This document shows positions 12,116 through 23,960 of a DNA stretch of 64,000 nucleotides, piece after piece. This stretch comes from Chiloscyllium plagiosum (taxonomy: Eukaryota). The DNA is taken from contig NC_057718.1 of NCBI RefSeq assembly GCF_004010195.1, forward strand, positions 93,274,561-93,338,560. The letters are read 5' to 3'. Every line of letters starts with the position of its first letter. Position 1 is the first letter of the stretch. A program made the translations under genes and the position numbers. Under the pieces are notes generated by a model. The model was given only the letters and a program-made list of their open reading frames with translations. It ran no database searches and was not told where the DNA came from.

Positions 12116-12990
12116 ATAGAACATAGAACAATACAGCACAGAACAGGCCCTTCGGCCCACGATGTTGTGCCGAACATTTGTCCTAGCTTAAGCACCCATC
12201 CATGTACCTATCCAATTGCCGCTTAAAGGTCACCAATGATTCTGACTCTGCCACTCCCACAGGCAGCGCATTCCACGTCCCCACCACTCTCTAGGTAAAG
12301 AACCCACCCCTGACATCTCCCCTATACCTTCCACCCTTCACCTTAAATTTATGTCCCCTTGTAACACTCTGTTGTACCCGGGGAAAAAGTTTCTGACTGT
12401 CTACTCTATCTATTCCTCTGATCATCTTATAAACCTCTATCAAGTCACCCCTCATCCTTCGCCGTTCCAATGAGAAAAGGCCTAGCACTCTCAACCTATC
12501 CTCGTACGACCTATTCTCCATTCCAGGCAACATCCTGGTAAATCTTCTCTGCACCCTCTCCAAAGCTTCCACATCTTTCCTAAAGTGAGCTGACCAGAAC
12601 TGCACATAGTGCTCCAAATGTGGCCTAACCAGGGTCCTGAACCGCTGCAACATCACTTCACAACTCTTGAAATCAATACCTCTGCTAATGAACGCTAATA
12701 CACCATAGGCCTTCTTACAAGCTCTATCCACCTGAGTGGCAACTTTCAAAGATCTATGAACATAGACCCCAAGATCCCTCTACTCCTCCACCTTACTAAG
12801 AACCCTACCGTTAACCCTGTATTCCGCATTCTTATTTGTCCTTCCAAAATGGACAACCTCACACTTGACAGGGTTGAACTCCGTCTGCCACTCCTCAGCC
12901 CAGCTCTGCATCATATCTAAGTCCCTTTGCAGCCGACAACAGCCCTCCTCACTATCCACAACTCCACCAATCTTGGTATCATCTGCAAAT
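12116..12990 (-). mobile_element. CR1/HER1-type LINE, 5'-truncated young copy (RT C-terminus)
   Basis: FADDTKIGG..LQRDLD..W...FNPVKC and LVRPHLE..LERVQRRFTRMLPG, with a (TTCTATG)n tail. Confidence 0.95.
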
Positions 12991-13111
12991 GTGTCTCCAA
13001 GTGTCTCCAATATTGTGTCTCCAAGTGATGCTTTGACCTGCTGAAGTGGAATGCCCTTTCTTTCCACTTGGTATGTGGAAGAATTCAGCGATTGTTCAAA
13101 TTCAAATCAAT

Positions 13112-13253
13112 ATGATGTGGAGGTGCCGGTGTTGGACTCGGGTAGACAAAGTCAGAATTCACATGACACCAGGTTATACCAGGTGATTTCACCTCATAGA
13201 GAAGCAGAGCTCCAAAAGCTCGTTGGCCTATAACCTGGTGTCATGTGACTTCT
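13112..13253 (-). mobile_element. Short PLE (family B) fold-back remnant
   Basis: agaattcacatgacaccaggttata ... tataacctggtgtcatgtgacttct inverted arms. aaatcaat on both flanks. Confidence 0.7.
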
Positions 13254-13719
13254 ATCTGAAATCAATGTGGCACTGGATCAGGGAATCCAAAGGAGCACAG
13301 ACTCCTTCTGTTCTGCTGACAAAATATAAGTGAAAGATCACAGGTCACTATGCTGGCTTCACTGGAAGAGTGGGCAATAGCTGTGCACCAGGGCAGTTCA
13401 GGTACTCGTGAAGCAGAAATGTTCAGTAAAACAGAAGCTGCAACAACACCATACTTTCAATGCACATGCACTACAGTGCACCAGAGAAAGCTGGAACATG
13501 ATTTCCACAAAGATCCCTATTGTACCAAAATCTCAGAAAGGCACTATACCTTTAAGACAGCTATATGACATTGGGACTTATGATGCTCTTGTATGAAATG
13601 TCTCTCTCTTACTCTACGCAAATTTAGCCAATCACTTATTCACGCAGTCAGATGACATCAGACAGCTGGCCAGCCAGTCAGCTGTGTTTATCACGTAACA
13701 ATAAGTTAAGGAGGCCTAG

Positions 13720-14005
13720 CATCGAGGTTATATGTCGGGACAATGTTTTTAGAACTGAGATGAGGAAGAATTTCACCAGCTAGTGGTGGTGAATCTGTGG
13801 AACGCGTTGCCACAGAAGGCTGTGGAGGCCAAGTCATTGAGTATAATGAACACAAAGCCAGATAAGTTCCTGATTAGTCAGGGGCTTGAGGGAGAAGGCA
13901 AGAGGATGGGAGTGTGAAACATATCAGCTACAATCAAATGGCCAAAAAGATTCAATGGACTGAATGGTCTATTTCTGCTCCTAAATCTTATGATCTTACA
14001 GTCTA
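13720..14005 (+). mobile_element. CR1 LINE 3' fragment
   Basis: agaactgagatgaggaagaatttc..gtgaatctgtggaac (FRTEMRKNF..VNLWN) followed by a tail. Confidence 0.8.
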
Positions 14006-14489
14006 TGGTATTATGTAAGTCAAGGTGTCAGATGAATGTACATAATTAATTGTAAATTGAACTTCCAGACATCTATCTCGAAATGAACCCAGGTCTCCAT
14101 GGTATTTGTTACATGGTTGAATACGTAGGAAACCACATCAGATCAGTCCCCCTCACAACTTGACATCAACACAAACTCGTAATGGAATGAACCTAAAAAC
14201 CTAATTTAAAATGCTCTCCATTATGCCCTACTGCCAACTGGTTGCATAAATTAAACTAGATGGTGTTGCCTCTTTCACTAACCAATGTCTCAAATCCAGT
14301 TTGCATCACCAATGCTTTATTTCATTATTAATGTTACATACAGTTTCAACTCCATTCAGAACAGTTTCAACAATGGTGAAAATACTAATTGTTTATAACC
14401 GAGAAGGAAAGATGTATTGCAACAAAGGTATGGAATTAGCTACTGGCAATGATATAGAATTTTCATACAATGTGTACGACATCAATACG

Positions 14490-15460
14490 ACCTCAGCTGG
14501 AGTATTGTGCGCAGTTTTGGGGATTACACTTGAGGAAGCATTGAGGAGACTGCAGAAGAGGTTTACTGGTGTGGTTCCAGGGGTAGGAAACTTCTGTTAT
14601 GAGGATAAATTGGAGAGGTTGGAAGTATTTCTCCTGGAGAGAAACAGTTTGATCTGATAGAAGTTTTCAAAGTCATAGAATCCTTAAGGTGTGGAAGCAA
14701 TCCAGTCAGCTCATTGATTCCACGCCAAACCTCTGAACAACCTTCCACTCAGACCAACCCTACCCCTGTAACCCAGCATTTCCCATGGCCAATCCATACA
14801 ATCTACACATCCATGGACATTAAGGGGCAATTTAGCATGGCCAATCTACCTAGCCTTCACATCCCTGGGCACTATGGGCAACTTAGCATGACCAATCCAC
14901 ACAACGTACACATCCCTGGACATTAAGGAACAATTTTGCATGACCAATCCACCTAACTTGCATATCTATCGGAGGAAACTGGAGCACCCAGATGAAATCT
15001 ACACAGACACGGGAGAATGTACAAACTCCGCACTGACAGTCACCCGAGTATAGAATCAAACTTTGTTCTTGGCACAATGAGGCAGCATTGCCAACCACTG
15101 AACCACCATGCTACCATGAGGAGTCTGAACAGAGTAAATAGGGAGAAGCTGTTTGGACTCATGAAAAGATTGCGAATGAGAGGGCACAGGTTTAAAGTGA
15201 GTTGCGGCTTTCTCTTGTAAGATAAAGCTTTTTACACAACTGGTAGTTATGGTCTGAAGTGCTCTGCCTGTAAATATGATGGAGGCTGGTTCAACTGAAG
15301 CACTCAAAGGGACATTAGACGATCATTTGAACCGAAGCAATGTGCCGAGCTATGGGGAAGATATGAGAAAATAGTTCTTAATTGCTCATTTGGAGAGCTA
15401 GTGCACACATGCTGCTCTGAATGGCCTCATTCTGCACTGCAAAATTCTGTGATTCTGAAA
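14490..15460 (+). mobile_element. Degenerate CR1 LINE fragment split by an HE1 SINE
   Basis: cagctggagtattgtgcgcagttttgg, LQKRFTGVVPG. Resumes at 15117 (LNRVNREKLF..RGHRFKV). Confidence 0.75.
14676..15116 (-). mobile_element. HE1 SINE with internally amplified ~52-bp unit
   Basis: catccctggacattaaggggcaatttagcatggccaatccacc-type unit repeated 3-4 times at 14785-14965. Confidence 0.85.
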
Positions 15461-16749
15461 TTAGTTCAAAACACAACAAATTTCTGGAGAAGGAGGGGAT
15501 AGAGGGATATGATGGTGGTATAAGAAAGCGGAATGACAACAAAAAGCGAGGAATAGACGTGTTTGGTCAAATAGCTTTTTTCATCAGTTGTCAAACGTTT
15601 TGCATTCTTATGCAACATGTCCTTTCAAGGTTCTGTGGCACAGCACTAAAGCCATTTCTGCAAAACGCATTAGGTTCACAGGGAGAAGATACACAAATTA
15701 TTCACAAATGGGTCACCTGCAGTGATCCTTGGACGACTTAAAAGTTCCGAAATAATGAAATTGTGGATGTAAAAAATTTTGGTTGCACTTCTTTCTCATG
15801 TGGCAGTGGAAGAAAAGGACAACTTCAAACAGGCTTCGCATCTGCGGCAATAAGCTGTGCCTAAACAAATCAATCTCTGGCTGTCAAAACTCACACCACA
15901 ATATTTCATGCAGTGCCATGCAGCAATTATAGGATCATAAATCCACAATTCATTAACTGTCAAAACGACATCTCACTTGGACGATTTTTCTGTGCAGTTA
16001 AATTTGTCCTGACTTGCTGTGTATCTGAAAGGACTAGCGCAGAAACCAGTTCAGAAATAAAAGATTCATCAGTGGAAAATTGTCGAAGAACTGGAATGTC
16101 AAGAATCCCAGCGGCCTTTGGCCAAGTTTGCGATTGCATAGGTTGGGTGTTCAGAATCTTTTCAGAAACCTTTGCAACACAAATATCTATATATAATTAA
16201 AAATGGCAATGTTCCATTTTTGAGGACAACTGAGTGGAAAGTATCATTCTGTGGGAGTATACTTGCTCAAGCCACAATCTTTGTTTTTCCCTCATGCATT
16301 GTTATTCCCCCGTCATCGTTTGTGTTACATGGACAGTGTTTGCGTAAGACACAACAAACACTGCAGCTATGAAGTGTTCGGTGATGAAGTATTGACATTT
16401 TACCCCTTCCCAACCTGTAGCACAGGATTCGCTTTCCACGGCTTCAAAAGTGAACTATTTCTGCAGTTAGGAAAGAGAAAGCAAAATTTAAAGTTAGATT
16501 GTGACAGGAATCAGCACAGATTTGTTCTGTTGTCTCACTTGCCTGGTTGAATTCCAATTTGCCCGAACCACTTCTCACAATGTGAGATATTGTGCAGAGA
16601 ACTCAGATTTTTATACCTGTACTTTTAGCTTAATTAAAATCTGAAATAGTTGTCGCAGGAAGGCAGAGATGAGAATCTGGCTGATTGAGATCATACATCA
16701 CTTGACAGCTCTGCCTCTGTCTTGCTCAATCAGGAGGAAATACAATCAG

Positions 16750-17103
16750 AGAGCTATACAACACAGAAACTGACTCTATGCTCCAACTCATCCATGCCAA
16801 CCAGATATCCTAAATTAATTAGTCCTATTTGGTAGCACTTGGCCCATATCCTTCTAAACCCTTCCTATTCCCATACCCATCCAGATCCCTTTTAAATGTT
16901 GCAATAGTACCAGCCTCCACCACTTCATCTGGCAGATCCTTCCATACACGTACCACCCTCTGTGTGAAAACATTGCCCCTTAGGTCCCTTTTAAATCTTT
17001 CTCCTCTCACCTTAAACCTCTAGTTCTGGACTCCCCTATCCTGAGGAAAAGACTTTGGCCTATTCACCCAATCCATGCCACTCATGATTTTATAAATTTT
17101 ATA
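16750..17103 (-). mobile_element. CR1/HER1 LINE 3' part (host of a nested insertion)
   Basis: RGERFKRDLRGNVFTQRVVRVWKDLP. Continues at 18781. Confidence 0.9.
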
Positions 17104-18780
17104 CAAAATGAATATTTTGCATCAGTATTTACTGTGGAAAAGGATATGGAAGATATAGACTGTAGGGAAATAGACGGTGACATCTTGCAAAATGTCCAGG
17201 TTACAGAGGAGGAAGTGCTGGATGTCTTGAAATGGTTCAGGGTGGATAAATCCCCAGGCTAGAGAAGTGATTGCTGGGCCTCTTGCTGAGATATTTGTAT
17301 CATCGATAGTCACAGGTGAGGTGCCGGAAGACCGGAGATTGGCAAACGTGGTGCCACTGTTTAAGAAGGGCGGAAAAGACAAGCCAGGGAACTATAGATT
17401 GGTGACCCTGACCTCACTGAGGGACAGGATGTACATGTATTTGGAAAGGCAAGGACTGATTATGGATAATCAAAATGGCTTTGTGCATGGGTAATCATGT
17501 CTCACAAACTTGATTGAGTTTTTTGAAGAAGTAACAAAGAAGATTGATGAGGGCAGAGCAGTAGATGTGATCTATATGGACTTCAGTAAGGCGTTTGACA
17601 AGGTTCCCCATGGGAGACTGATTAACAAGGTTAGAGCTCCTGGAATAAAGGGAGAGCTAGCCATTTGGATACAGAAATGGCTCAAAGGTAGAAGAGAGAG
17701 GGTGGTGGTGGAGGGTTGTTTTTCAGACTGGAGGCCTGTGACCAGTGGAGTGCCACAAGGATTGGTGCTGGGTCCTCTACTTTTTGTCATTTACATAATT
17801 GATTTGGATGTGAGCAGAAGAGGTACAATTAGTAAGTTTGCAGATGACATCAAAATTGGAGGTGTAGTAGACAGCAAAGAGGATTACCTCAGATTACAAC
17901 AGGATCTTGACCAGATGGGCCAATGGGCTGAGAAGTGGCAGATGGAGTTTAATTCAGATAAATGCGAGGTGCTGCATTTTGGGAAAGCAAATCTTAGCAG
18001 GACTTATACACTTAATGGTAAGGTGCTAGGGAGTGTTGCTGAACAAAGACACCGTGGAGTGCAGGTTCATAGCTCATTGAAAGTGGAGTCGCAGGTAGAT
18101 AGGATAGTGAAGAAGGCGTTTGGTATGCCTTCCTTTATTGGTCAGAGTATTGAGTACAGGAGTTGGGAGGTCATGTAGCGGCTGTACAGGACATTGGTTA
18201 GGCCACTGTTGGAATATTGCATGCAATTCTAGTCTCCTTCCTATCGGAAAGATGTTGTGAAACTTGAAAGGGTTCAGAAAAGATTTACAAGGATATTGTC
18301 AGGGTTGGAGGATTTGAGCTGTAGGGAGAGGCTGAACAGGCTGGGGCTGTTTTCCCTGGAGCGTCGGAGGCTGAGGAGTGACCTTATAGAGGTTTACAAA
18401 ATTATGAGGGGCATGGATAGGATAAATAGACAAAGTCTTTTCCCTGGGGTGTGGGAGTCCAGAACTAGAGGACATAGGTTTAGGATGAGAGGGGAAAGAT
18501 ATAAAAGAGACCTAAGGGGCAACTTTTTCACGCAGAGGGAAATGTATGGAATGTATGTACGTGTATGGAATGAGCTGCCAGGGGATGTGGTGGAGGCTGG
18601 TACAATTGAAACATTTAAGAGGCATTTGGATGGGTATATGAATAGGAAGGCTTTGGAGGGATATTGGCCAGGTGCTGGCAGGTGGGACTAGATTGGGTTG
18701 GGATATCTGGTCGGCATGGACAGGTTGGACCGAAGGGTCTGTTTCCATGCTGCACATCTCTATGACTCTATGACTCTATA
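17104..18780 (+). mobile_element. CR1/HER1 LINE, 5'-truncated, degraded RT ORF2
   Basis: ANVVPLFKKG..PGNYR, YMDFSKAFDKVPH, SGVPQG.VLGP, KFADD. Contains stops and deletions. Ends in a (TATGACTC)n tail. Confidence 0.96.
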
Positions 18781-19022
18781 AGGTTACCTCTCAGCCTCTG
18801 CTGTTGCAGGGAAAACAGCCCCAACCCAATCAGCCTCCTCCTGTAGCTCAAACCTTCCACCTTGGCAACATCCTCGTCAATCTTTTCTGAACCCTTTCAA
18901 TTTTCACACCATCTTTCTGATAGCAGGGAGTCAGAATTGAATGCAGTATTCCAAAAGTAGCCTAACCAATGTCCTGCAACATGACCTACCAACTCCTACA
19001 TGCAATGCATTGACCAATAAAG
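18781..19022 (-). mobile_element. CR1/HER1 LINE, continuation of the 16750 element
   Basis: Reverse complement of gaatactgcattcaattctg..gaaagggttcagaaaagatt. Confidence 0.85.
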
Positions 19023-19809
19023 ACGAGCATGATAAGATTTCCCCAGTTGGCAGTAGATTGGAACATAGGAATTAGGAATGGGAGTAGGTAATTTAGCCCT
19101 TTCAGCCTACATCCACCATTTCCCATGATCATGGCTGATCTTATCCGCATCTCAACTCCACACTCCCACCGGCCCCCTATAGGCCTTTATCCCACGTTTC
19201 GTCACAAGTTGGTCCAGGAGCTTTTCCCCTCCTCACATGCAAAGTGACACATCTTGGGGTCAATACTAGATCTTGAGTGATCTGTGATAGTTTTGCTTCC
19301 TTTATTACTGAGGAAGAGAAGTAAATATTTGTTCACCCCTGCCAGAAACAGTCGCAATACTCAGAGAGGGGAATATGAGGATAAATTGAAGAAAAACAGG
19401 GAAGGAAATGGCTGAAAAAGAAGATCAGAGAATGACCCAAAACCACTGGGCCATGTTTGAAAGTCTTGCTGGGTAACTTGGCCCACTTTCAATCAGTAAG
19501 GCTTCTTCTATCTAAGGGTGACTAGAGTCTGGCTCTGGCAGGTTTCTGAAAATGCTTTCCCCTTTGGCAAGTCATTGGACACCATATGATATACCACCTA
19601 CTGGTTTAGCCAAAAACAACAAACTAAAGAAATATTGTCAACAAAATAACAGACCAGGAATTCAGACTTAAAATATGCATAATGGGAATATCTCATTCAA
19701 TAACATGAGCTGTCAGATTCTAAATATGCTAACATGACCCTCCAAAATACTTCAATGATTGAGTAGCCTTGACAGGGGGTGCAGTCCTCAGAGTTTGGTT
19801 CTGCAGTTG

Positions 19810-20149
19810 CAGGAATTCACCAAAGATTCTTCGACAGCACCTTCCAAAACCCAGAGCCACTTCCATCTAGAAGGACGAGGACAGCAGATACCTGGGAACA
19901 CCACCACCTGCAAGTTCCCCTCTAAGACACTCACCACCCTGACTTGGAAATATACTGCCGTTCTTTCACAGTCATTGGGTCAAAATCCTGGAATTCCCTC
20001 CCTACCGGCATTGTGAGTCAACCCACAGCAAGTGGACTGCACTGATTCAAAAAAGCAGCTCACCCCCACCTTCTCAAGGGCAAATAGGGATGGGCTATCA
20101 ATGCTAGCCAGCCAGTGATGCCCAAGTCCCACAAATGAATAAAAAAAAA
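19810..20149 (+). mobile_element. 3' end of a CR1-group/L2-like LINE
   Basis: Reads ..SFTVIGSKSWNSLP..FKKAAHPHLLKG*, then a short 3' UTR and polyA. Confidence 0.75.
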
Positions 20150-20434
20150 CATAGCACCAGCCGCTCCACAAAGCTTAGAGAGAATAGATTGTAATTGTAG
20201 GCTTATCCTTCCAGAGCCATGACAGAATCAGCCATCATCAGCTGCATTGCTTTCATTGATCTGATTCTGAAGAAACAAGCAAATTCTGCCCAAATGTTTC
20301 AGACGAGGTAACATTGTCAACCCAGTCAGTGGTTTTGAATCCAACTCCATGATGTGTGGAAACAGATTATTTCACTGAAACTGCAATGGGACAGCCACTG
20401 GTGACTTAATACGCCATTCTCTTGCCACAACATA

Positions 20435-20747
20435 TAACCCCTACAGTGAGGGGAGAGGCCAGTCAGTCCACAGACCCTCGCACTCACCCTAATACTCTGT
20501 GCCCATGACTCTACATTTCCCACGGCTAATCCACCTAGCCTGCTGATTCCTGAACACCACTGACAATTTAGCATGGCCAATCCACCAAATCTGCACATCT
20601 TTGGACTGTGAGTAGAAACCAGAGCACCTAGAGGAAACCCACGCAGACACAGGGAGAGCATACAAACTCCACACAGAGAGTCACCCAAGGCTTAGAATTG
20701 AACCCAGGCCCTGGGAATATGAGGCAGCAGTGCTAACCACGATGCCA
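20435..20747 (-). mobile_element. HE1 SINE
   Basis: V-domain and head, reverse complemented. Confidence 0.85.
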
Positions 20748-21669
20748 TAGGAGAAAAATGGAAAGCTTGAAGTGCGTAGTGGCGTTAAAGACATGTGATA
20801 TGTTGTCTGGAGAGGTCGTGGATGTATCTCTCCCTTGCAAATTCTTGGTCATTTATTCAGTGCCTTTTCGAGGATTCCCTTAATTACCTTGCATTAGCTT
20901 GTGAATCCATACCCTTCGTTCCCTTGCTGTGTTGGAAATGCTTCCCAGAGAAAGGTGAAACGGATATGTCACCAGTTATGCTTTCAAAATGACGTGTTTT
21001 TTATTCTCAGAGTAGTCTGTATGTGTAAACAGAAATGAAAACGTGCTGGTGACTAATGAAATGTGTTGACAATGTTACGATTGTAATGACTGATAAAACT
21101 TCACATTCGAATGCCATTGTGTGCTACAATTTGGAAGTGGTGTAACTAGTTTCGACAACGATGTCGCAAGATGGTATCGTGCACAGATGTATATGGGAAG
21201 CGAGGGATGGGGGAGGCCATTTAGTCCCTTCACTTGTTCTGTCATGACACTGCATTCCCAGGCCTTGCCTCTAGATTTGCTAGCCAGTTGGAGTTAGAAA
21301 TGAAGTGACTAGTTTTGATGTTTTGTCTGGGAGGTTGCCCTCATCCTTTGACTTTGCACAAAGAAGTGTTTCCTAAACATGGAACAAATTCTTTTGCAGC
21401 TGCAAATAATGGCTCCCCTGTTTTGGGTGGTGGTTGACAGTTCCGCAGAGCTGACAAAGTGATGACAGTGAAGTCCTTCTGCGTTGTAAAGTGGCTGGGA
21501 TTGTGAGTGCGCTGCTTGGTTTTGTCCTCCGCTGTACGAACCACACGATTCCACGTCCCGGTCACTGGTCTGTGTTGAATCAACTCATTGCAACCAGTCA
21601 GACTGATACAACCGCTTATGGAGAGTAGGTGTTGCCAAAGCGAAGAACAGATCATGGAATTCTGATCAG

Positions 21670-21910
21670 ATGGTGGCTCAGTGGTTAGCACTGCTACCTC
21701 ATAGCACTGGGGATCTGGGTTCAATTGGGTGATTGCCTGTGTGGAGTTTGCACATTCTCCCCATCTGCATGGATTTCCACCCACAGTCCAAAGATGTGCA
21801 GGTGAGGGTGGGTTGACCAGGCTAAGTTGCCCATAGTGGCTAGGGGTGTGTAGGTTAAGGTTGATTGGCCATGGGGAAGGAGGGGTGGATCTGTTTGGGA
21901 TTTTCTTTGG
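21670..21910 (+). mobile_element. HE1 SINE
   Basis: tggtggctcagtggttagcactgc..tgtggagtttgcacattctcccc. Confidence 0.85.
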
Positions 21911-21914
21911 TGGG

Positions 21915-22010
21915 TTTGAGGAAGGGCCACACGACCCTAAACATTAACTCTGGTTTCTCTCCACAGATGCTGCCAGACCTGCTGAGCCTTTCCAGCAATT
22001 TCTGTTCATG
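21915..22010 (+). mobile_element. PLE pLTR fragment (further family) with decayed hammerhead core
   Basis: tgaggaagggccacacgaccctaaacattaactctg..ccacagatgctgccagacctgctgag. Confidence 0.55.
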
Positions 22011-22105
22011 TTCCTCACAATTGCTGTGGCTGAGTATTACTTAACAAGTTTCAGGTCATAACGACTCTCCTATTATTCAATATGCAAGACAGGACTAAAC
22101 TGATT

Positions 22106-22193
22106 GGAGAGTGTGGTGCTGGAAAAGCACAGGAGGTCAGGCAGCATCCGAGGAGCAGGAGAATCGACATTTCGGGCATAAGTCCTTCATCGG
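22106..22193 (-). mobile_element. PLE family A pLTR fragment
   Basis: Reverse complement of the 5890-5975 sequence. Imperfect flanking repeat ggacta(aa/gg)ctgat. Confidence 0.8.
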
Positions 22194-22529
22194 GACTAGG
22201 CTGATCCTTGTCTGCTTTTGACCTGTGGTAACCTTGGCCCCTTTGCATTCCATCAGGGCTTTTTTTGCAAAAGCTGTACATCCAATTTTATGTTGGGTGG
22301 GCCTAGTTGCTTAGGCCATTGGCTACTTGGTTACGCAAGACAATATCTCCAGCCATGCCATGCTATACATTGTCATGTAACATTATTTGCAATGGGAATT
22401 ATGGGACTGAATTGGCAATGGCCCTGCAGGCAGCCAGAATGGAGATGAAAAGGAGTGGAAATGGGTGACCAATTTAGTCTCGTAAGATTGGGTGGGAGGC
22501 TCAATTCAACTGGTAAACTGCTGAAAATT

Positions 22530-23000
22530 AGAGGCAGAGTAAAGAGGGTTCACTCCACTGATTTCTGAGATAAAGGGGTTACCTAATGAGGGAAGGTTAG
22601 AGAGGTTGACCCTATTGTATCCATTGGACCTTAGAAGAATGAAAGGTGACCTTCTTAAAATGTTCAAGTTCCTGAGGGGATTTGACACAATAGGTGTTGA
22701 ATGAATGTTTCCCCTTGTGGGAGAGACCAGAACTATAGGACGCTGTTTAAAAATAAGAGGACATCAGGACAAGTATTTTTCTCTCAGAGAGTTGGTACTT
22801 CAGGGAATTCCCTTCTCCAGAGAGTGCTGGAGGCAGGACCATTGAATATCTCTAAGGGAGAGGCAGATAGACTAGTGATTGACAGGAAAGTCAAAGGGTT
22901 TATTCACAGGAGACCACAATCAGATCGGCTATGATCTTATGAAATGGAGGTACAGGCTCAAGGTGCAGAGTGGTCTACTCCGGTCCACAATTCATATGAT
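22530..23000 (+). mobile_element. Degenerate CR1 LINE 3' fragment
   Basis: agaagaatgaaaggtgacctt, ttctctcagagagtt..ggaattcccttctccagagagtg. Confidence 0.75.
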
Positions 23001-23664
23001 AGGTTACTTTAATGATCAGCGGAAATGGTGAGAGTGCCCGAGAGTTTGGGGGGGGAGAGATGAGGCTTTACCCTCATGTTTGACAATCCCGCTCATCATG
23101 GCTGTCTTCTTTCCTCCTTTTGTGTGACCAATGACATGACGTGGAGGTGCCCTCATTTTCAAACAATGTCTTACCTCTTAGCTGTAGTGGAAAGGGTCAA
23201 TGTGACTATGTCAAGAAAGTAGCTCACATAGTCAACGGGAAGTGATGTAAAATCACGTGACTATTAGGAGGCAGTTCTCTCAGGGTCGAGGTGGAGTTTT
23301 CACTGTTTCACTAGTTACCGCATGTAAATGGTAGCTTGTGGTTGCTGGTAAACCAAGATTCCTACAACCTTTACCCAAGGACCCAGCCAAAGTAGAACAA
23401 TGGAAGAGCCGTGGTGGATGTGATGGAGGGTTCTAGCTGCTGAAGAATGATTTTGGACAGAGTGGAAGTAGGTATGGGAAAGAGAGGGGTGGTTTTCAAA
23501 GGTCTTTTTTTAACAGGAGAAAACTAATTGGTGAATAAGGGGATTAAAATATGAACCTGCCAATGAATGCATTCTTGTGCCCCAGCCAAATATTTCCCAA
23601 ATGCAATGCAGTCTGTGGACCAACTACCATTACCATGAGTTGGTATAGGATAAGAGATCTGTCG

Positions 23665-23960
23665 TAGAGTCCTTATAGTGTGGAAGGAGGCCATTTGGCC
23701 CATTGAATTTGCACCTACCTTCTGAAGAACATCCTACCCAGACCTAGCCCCCACCCTATCCCCAGATTTCCCATGGATAATCCACCTAGCCTGCACATAA
23801 CAGGGCGATTTAGGTTGGCCAATCGTCCCCTAAGCTGCACATTTTTGGACTCTGGGAAGAAACCAGAGCACCCAGAGGAAACCCACACAGACATGGGGAG
23901 AAGATGCAAACTCCACGCTGTTGCCCGAGGCTGGAATCAAACGCAGGACACTGCGTGAGA
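23665..23960 (-). mobile_element. HE1 SINE
   Basis: V-domain gaaaccagagcacccagaggaaacccacacagac. Confidence 0.85.

Noticed and set aside
11218..14965. CRISPR-like repeat-spacer arrays (11218 duplication, 14785 units)
   Set aside because: Vertebrate DNA, too few or too long units, no unique spacers and no cas genes.
17510..18178. 222-aa RT ORF as a functional gene
   Set aside because: Fragment of a 5'-truncated CR1 with flanking stops, frameshifts and deletions.
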